Assembly: GCA_963777605.1 (NCBI GenBank)
Contig: CAVZRV010000008.1
Location: 96,001 to 160,000 of the forward strand
Reading direction: 5' to 3'
DNA: 64,000 nt
Origin: an uncultured Acidobacteriota bacterium
GTDB taxonomy: Bacteria; Acidobacteriota; UBA6911; RPQK01; JAPXNP01
In this document: positions 61,109 through 64,000 of the stretch, one piece after another
Layout: every line of letters starts with the position of its first letter
How positions within the stretch are numbered: position 1 is the stretch's first letter
Translations under genes and position numbers: made by a program
The notes under the pieces: generated by a model
The model's database searches: none
Seen by the model: only the letters and a program-made list of their open reading frames with translations
Told to the model about the DNA's origin: nothing

Positions 61109-61414
61109 ATGGATGAATTCAGTAACAGAGTCAGCTTCGGGCTTTCAGAAGAGGAGAAGAATGACCTGGAGGAACTGATTCGGGCTTCCCAGCAGTCCTC
61201 CGAAGCAGAATTGGGTCGCTCGTCACCTGAAGAACTGTGTTCGCGGATCCACGAGTTGGGCGACCAGACCAGGGTACTCGCGAACGTGGTACTGGAACTC
61301 GATGAGCGCATCAACCTGCTCTATCGGATCATCCGCCTCTGCTACCAGAAGACCGAGTTGCTCGGGGAACGGTCACGCTGGTCCCAGGCCGGACATCCTG
61401 ACCGGAGATATTGA
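61109..61414 (+). CDS. Small helical hypothetical protein
   Basis: Abuts both neighbours in an operon-like arrangement; E/L-rich. Confidence 0.55.
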   Translation: MDEFSNRVSFGLSEEEKNDLEELIRASQQSSEAELGRSSPEELCSRIHELGDQTRVLANVVLELDERINLLYRIIRLCYQKTELLGERSRWSQAGHPDRRY

Positions 61415-61418
61415 AACG

Positions 61419-61982
61419 ATGGATACAACACCAGACAGACAGGCTCCCAGCTCCGACGAAAGTGGCCCCTTCGAGGCGACTGGCGCAAAGAGCCGGACTG
61501 AAGTCCGACTTCCCGCGCCGCCGGCAGAATCCTTCAAGGACCGGCGCAAGGTGACCCGTTACGAGGTGTCGGCCAAAGTGACCATTACGATCTTCGCGCA
61601 GCTGAAGCTCGGGTCCGATCCCAGGTCCGAAGCCGAACGCGTGAAGCTTGTCCGTGAAGGATTCAGTGTCGATGTCTCGTCCCACGGTCTCTGCATGGTA
61701 ATTGACGGCAAACCAACCGGGATCGCGCTCCAACAGCTGATCGGGCAGACGGCAAAAGTCAAACTCGATCTGAACCGGCCGGGCAAGCCTGAGCTTAACA
61801 TCCTCGGGCGGATCGCCTGGGCGAAGGAGGACACGTCCAACACCAAGGTAGGCATCCAGTTTACGGACGTCCCTCCGGAAGAGAATGAGATTCTCCTGGC
61901 TCATTGCACGCAGGATGAAGGTGAATTCGATCAACTGAGCACTCTATGGGAACTCCTGGTGGCCCAACCCAAGAATTCGTGA
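61419..61982 (+). CDS. PilZ-domain protein
   Basis: RRKVTR (RxxxR) and DVSSHG (DxSxxG); GRIAW, VGIQF. Confidence 0.85.
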   Translation: MDTTPDRQAPSSDESGPFEATGAKSRTEVRLPAPPAESFKDRRKVTRYEVSAKVTITIFAQLKLGSDPRSEAERVKLVREGFSVDVSSHGLCMVIDGKPTGIALQQLIGQTAKVKLDLNRPGKPELNILGRIAWAKEDTSNTKVGIQFTDVPPEENEILLAHCTQDEGEFDQLSTLWELLVAQPKNS

Positions 61983-62010
61983 CCAGTCAGGGAATCGTGA
62001 AAGGAACGTT

Positions 62011-62976
62011 ATGAAGGCATCTCCCATTTCAATCGCGGTAGGCGGAGGCAAAGGAGGGGTAGGGAAGAGCGTGTTCAGCATTCTCCTCGGGCAGTGGCTC
62101 GCACGCCTCGGCAAGTCCACAGTGATCGTGGACCTCGACCTCGGGGGGGCCAATGTCCACACTCTGCTCGGCATAAAGAACCCTCCAGCGACGATCCAGG
62201 ACCTCATCAGTCGCCGGGTCGATTCCCTCGACCAGGTAGCGGTCCAAACCGAAGTTGAGAACCTGAGGATCGTGTGCGGAGCCAGTGAGATTCTCTCGGC
62301 AGCCAACCCGGTGTTCGCCCAGAAGCTCAAAATTATGAGGAAGCTCAGCGCCCTGGAGGCCGACTTCCTGGTACTCGACTTGGGAGCAGGAACCTCGTTC
62401 GACGTCCTCGACTTTTTCCTTGCCGCCGATGAGAAGGTTGTCGTGACCACTTCCGAGCCGATCTCGATCTACAACGCTTACGGGTTTCTGAGGAATTCCC
62501 TTTACCGGAGGCTCTTCCAGGTATTCCGGGAATATCCTCAGCTCACGGAGCTCGTGCGGTCTGCCATGGATCCCAGAAACGGACTCGGGATTCGAAATGT
62601 CCGAACTCTCATTGAACACCTGTTCGAGGAGGCGGACCCGGAACTGCTCGGCGTCGTGATGGACGACCTGAAGCGGTTCAGACCCGGAGTGGTTGTCAAC
62701 CAGGTCAAAGGGCCACGTGACCGTAATACGTCCCGGATTCTTCAGCAGGTCGCCGAGCGGTATCTGACACTGGAACTTCACGAACTGGGATTTGTGGACC
62801 ACGATCCTAAACTGCAGTCGATGGTCTCGGGGATGATCCCCCTGACCTCTGGAAGCGGATATCGCGGTGCCTATGACTGCGTCCGTGAAATTGCCTCGGA
62901 GATGCTGATCGACCGATTCAACATGCCGCCCCAGAACCGGCCGAACCCGGTCGCAAGCGGCCTCGGCCGTCACTGA
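62011..62976 (+). CDS. MinD/FlhG(FleN)-like ATPase
   Basis: Deviant Walker A GGKGGVGKS, DLDLGGAN, DLGAG, EPISIYNAY, VVNQ. Confidence 0.88.
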   Translation: MKASPISIAVGGGKGGVGKSVFSILLGQWLARLGKSTVIVDLDLGGANVHTLLGIKNPPATIQDLISRRVDSLDQVAVQTEVENLRIVCGASEILSAANPVFAQKLKIMRKLSALEADFLVLDLGAGTSFDVLDFFLAADEKVVVTTSEPISIYNAYGFLRNSLYRRLFQVFREYPQLTELVRSAMDPRNGLGIRNVRTLIEHLFEEADPELLGVVMDDLKRFRPGVVVNQVKGPRDRNTSRILQQVAERYLTLELHELGFVDHDPKLQSMVSGMIPLTSGSGYRGAYDCVREIASEMLIDRFNMPPQNRPNPVASGLGRH

Positions 62977-62989
62977 TCGGCCAGAGGGC

Positions 62990-64000
62990 TCAAGCCAGTT
63001 CCAGCCAGTCGATTCCGACCTTTTCGAGTGCGTAACCCGTTTCCTTCAGGTAATTCCCGTAGCAAACCATCCAATGGAAGCCACGGGTTTCCTGGTTGAG
63101 CCGATCGGTGTCGCAGCCGAACTGAACGTCGATCTGGGACCTGCAAATGTCCAGGAACGGATTGTCTGCGATGCGGCCGGCGAAGCCCATCCACCGCTCG
63201 AAATTGAAATCCGGGTCGAGGACCGTCACTTCCTGCCCGATCGACATTTCGACCTTGGGCGCAGCTCCCCAGTCCGATTCAAAGTGCGTCAGAACTCGGA
63301 CCGGCTCCAGAGAGGCCCCATTCATCCGGCGGGGAGCAGTGCAGTGGGCCAGAGTAACCAAACCGTCGTGCGGATAGGTCGGATCGTTGAGAAATACTGG
63401 TTTTCCTGAGATGTGATGGAGCAGTATTCCGGAGGGTATGACCACAAAGTCGGACTCACAAAATGCGAGGCAACCATCGTCGTTGAGAAGCGAAAGGGGA
63501 AGGCAGGCTGTAGTACCCGACACCTCCATGATCGTCCCCATACACTGGTTGATGGTGATCGCATCCGTCTCTGCTTCCCGCATGAGGTCTTTGAAGACCT
63601 CGGTCAGGAGAAATGCCTTGGAGACGAAATCCTCCCTGGTTTCGAGCGTGACACCTCCGGCTTCAAGATAGGCACGCGCTGCCTGACTGCAACGGCTGAC
63701 CAGATCCCGGTTCTGGCGGGCCCGTTTCAAACGGCGGCCAAGTTCATCGTAGGAAACCTCGACCAAGTCCATCTTGAACCGCCGGCGAGTCAGTTCGGGC
63801 GCTTTCCGCCCGCCTTCTCCCCAACCGGCGGCACCTCCGACGCAGACGACTTTCTTGTTGAGAGCGTTCTTCAGCCCGGTCAATGCCCGCAACCTCCAGG
63901 CGACGTCCTGGAGATCGTCCACCACAACATCACGCGTGCTCACGCCGGGCTGCCCGAACTCGTCCACGGTCTTCCGCAGGAAACGGTTGGAGACGATCTC
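62990..64000 (-). CDS. L-fucose/L-arabinose isomerase-like protein; 5' end beyond the window
   Basis: Frame is open to the window edge (EIVSNRFLRKT...); TINQCM, CLPLSLLND, FCESD, LAHCTAP, THFES, CRSQ, HWMVCYG. Confidence 0.8.
   Translation of the reverse strand, partial: EIVSNRFLRKTVDEFGQPGVSTRDVVVDDLQDVAWRLRALTGLKNALNKKVVCVGGAAGWGEGGRKAPELTRRRFKMDLVEVSYDELGRRLKRARQNRDLVSRCSQAARAYLEAGGVTLETREDFVSKAFLLTEVFKDLMREAETDAITINQCMGTIMEVSGTTACLPLSLLNDDGCLAFCESDFVVIPSGILLHHISGKPVFLNDPTYPHDGLVTLAHCTAPRRMNGASLEPVRVLTHFESDWGAAPKVEMSIGQEVTVLDPDFNFERWMGFAGRIADNPFLDICRSQIDVQFGCDTDRLNQETRGFHWMVCYGNYLKETGYALEKVGIDWLELA

Overview
GC-rich bacterial chromosomal window, most likely from an Acidobacteriota genome: the 16S begins GATCCTGGCTCAGAATC, the Acidobacteria-specific 31F primer sequence. 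It holds about 47 CDSs, one tRNA-Ala(UGC) and a stand-alone 16S rRNA gene with its own promoter, processing stem and terminator, with no 23S following. Many genes serve carbohydrate or sulfate catabolism (GH123/DUF4091-like, GH106, sulfatase, Tat-exported Gfo/Idh/MocA proteins). The most notable elements are: (1) a six-gene PspA/ESCRT-III-like operon with an SBP-OmpA ABC module, a 2TM coiled-coil protein and a tandem AAA+ ATPase; (2) a sigma54 two-component system driving a signal-peptide-bearing rubrerythrin plus a DUF2231 membrane protein; (3) a DedA-rhodanese selenoprotein (CxU motif with SECIS hairpin) that the ORF track truncates; (4) an orphan tRNA-Ala bracketed by two inverted copies of a ~260-bp dispersed element; (5) a catalytically dead M1 peptidase-TPR gene coupled to lpxB; (6) an unannotated 30-aa bS22/COX24-like basic ORF; (7) a Ktr/Trk operon with a kinase-less sensor. 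Several single-base frameshifts, two of them in lpxB, look like sequencing or assembly indels. No CRISPR array, transposase or prophage was seen. All family calls come from motif recognition by eye, not database searches.
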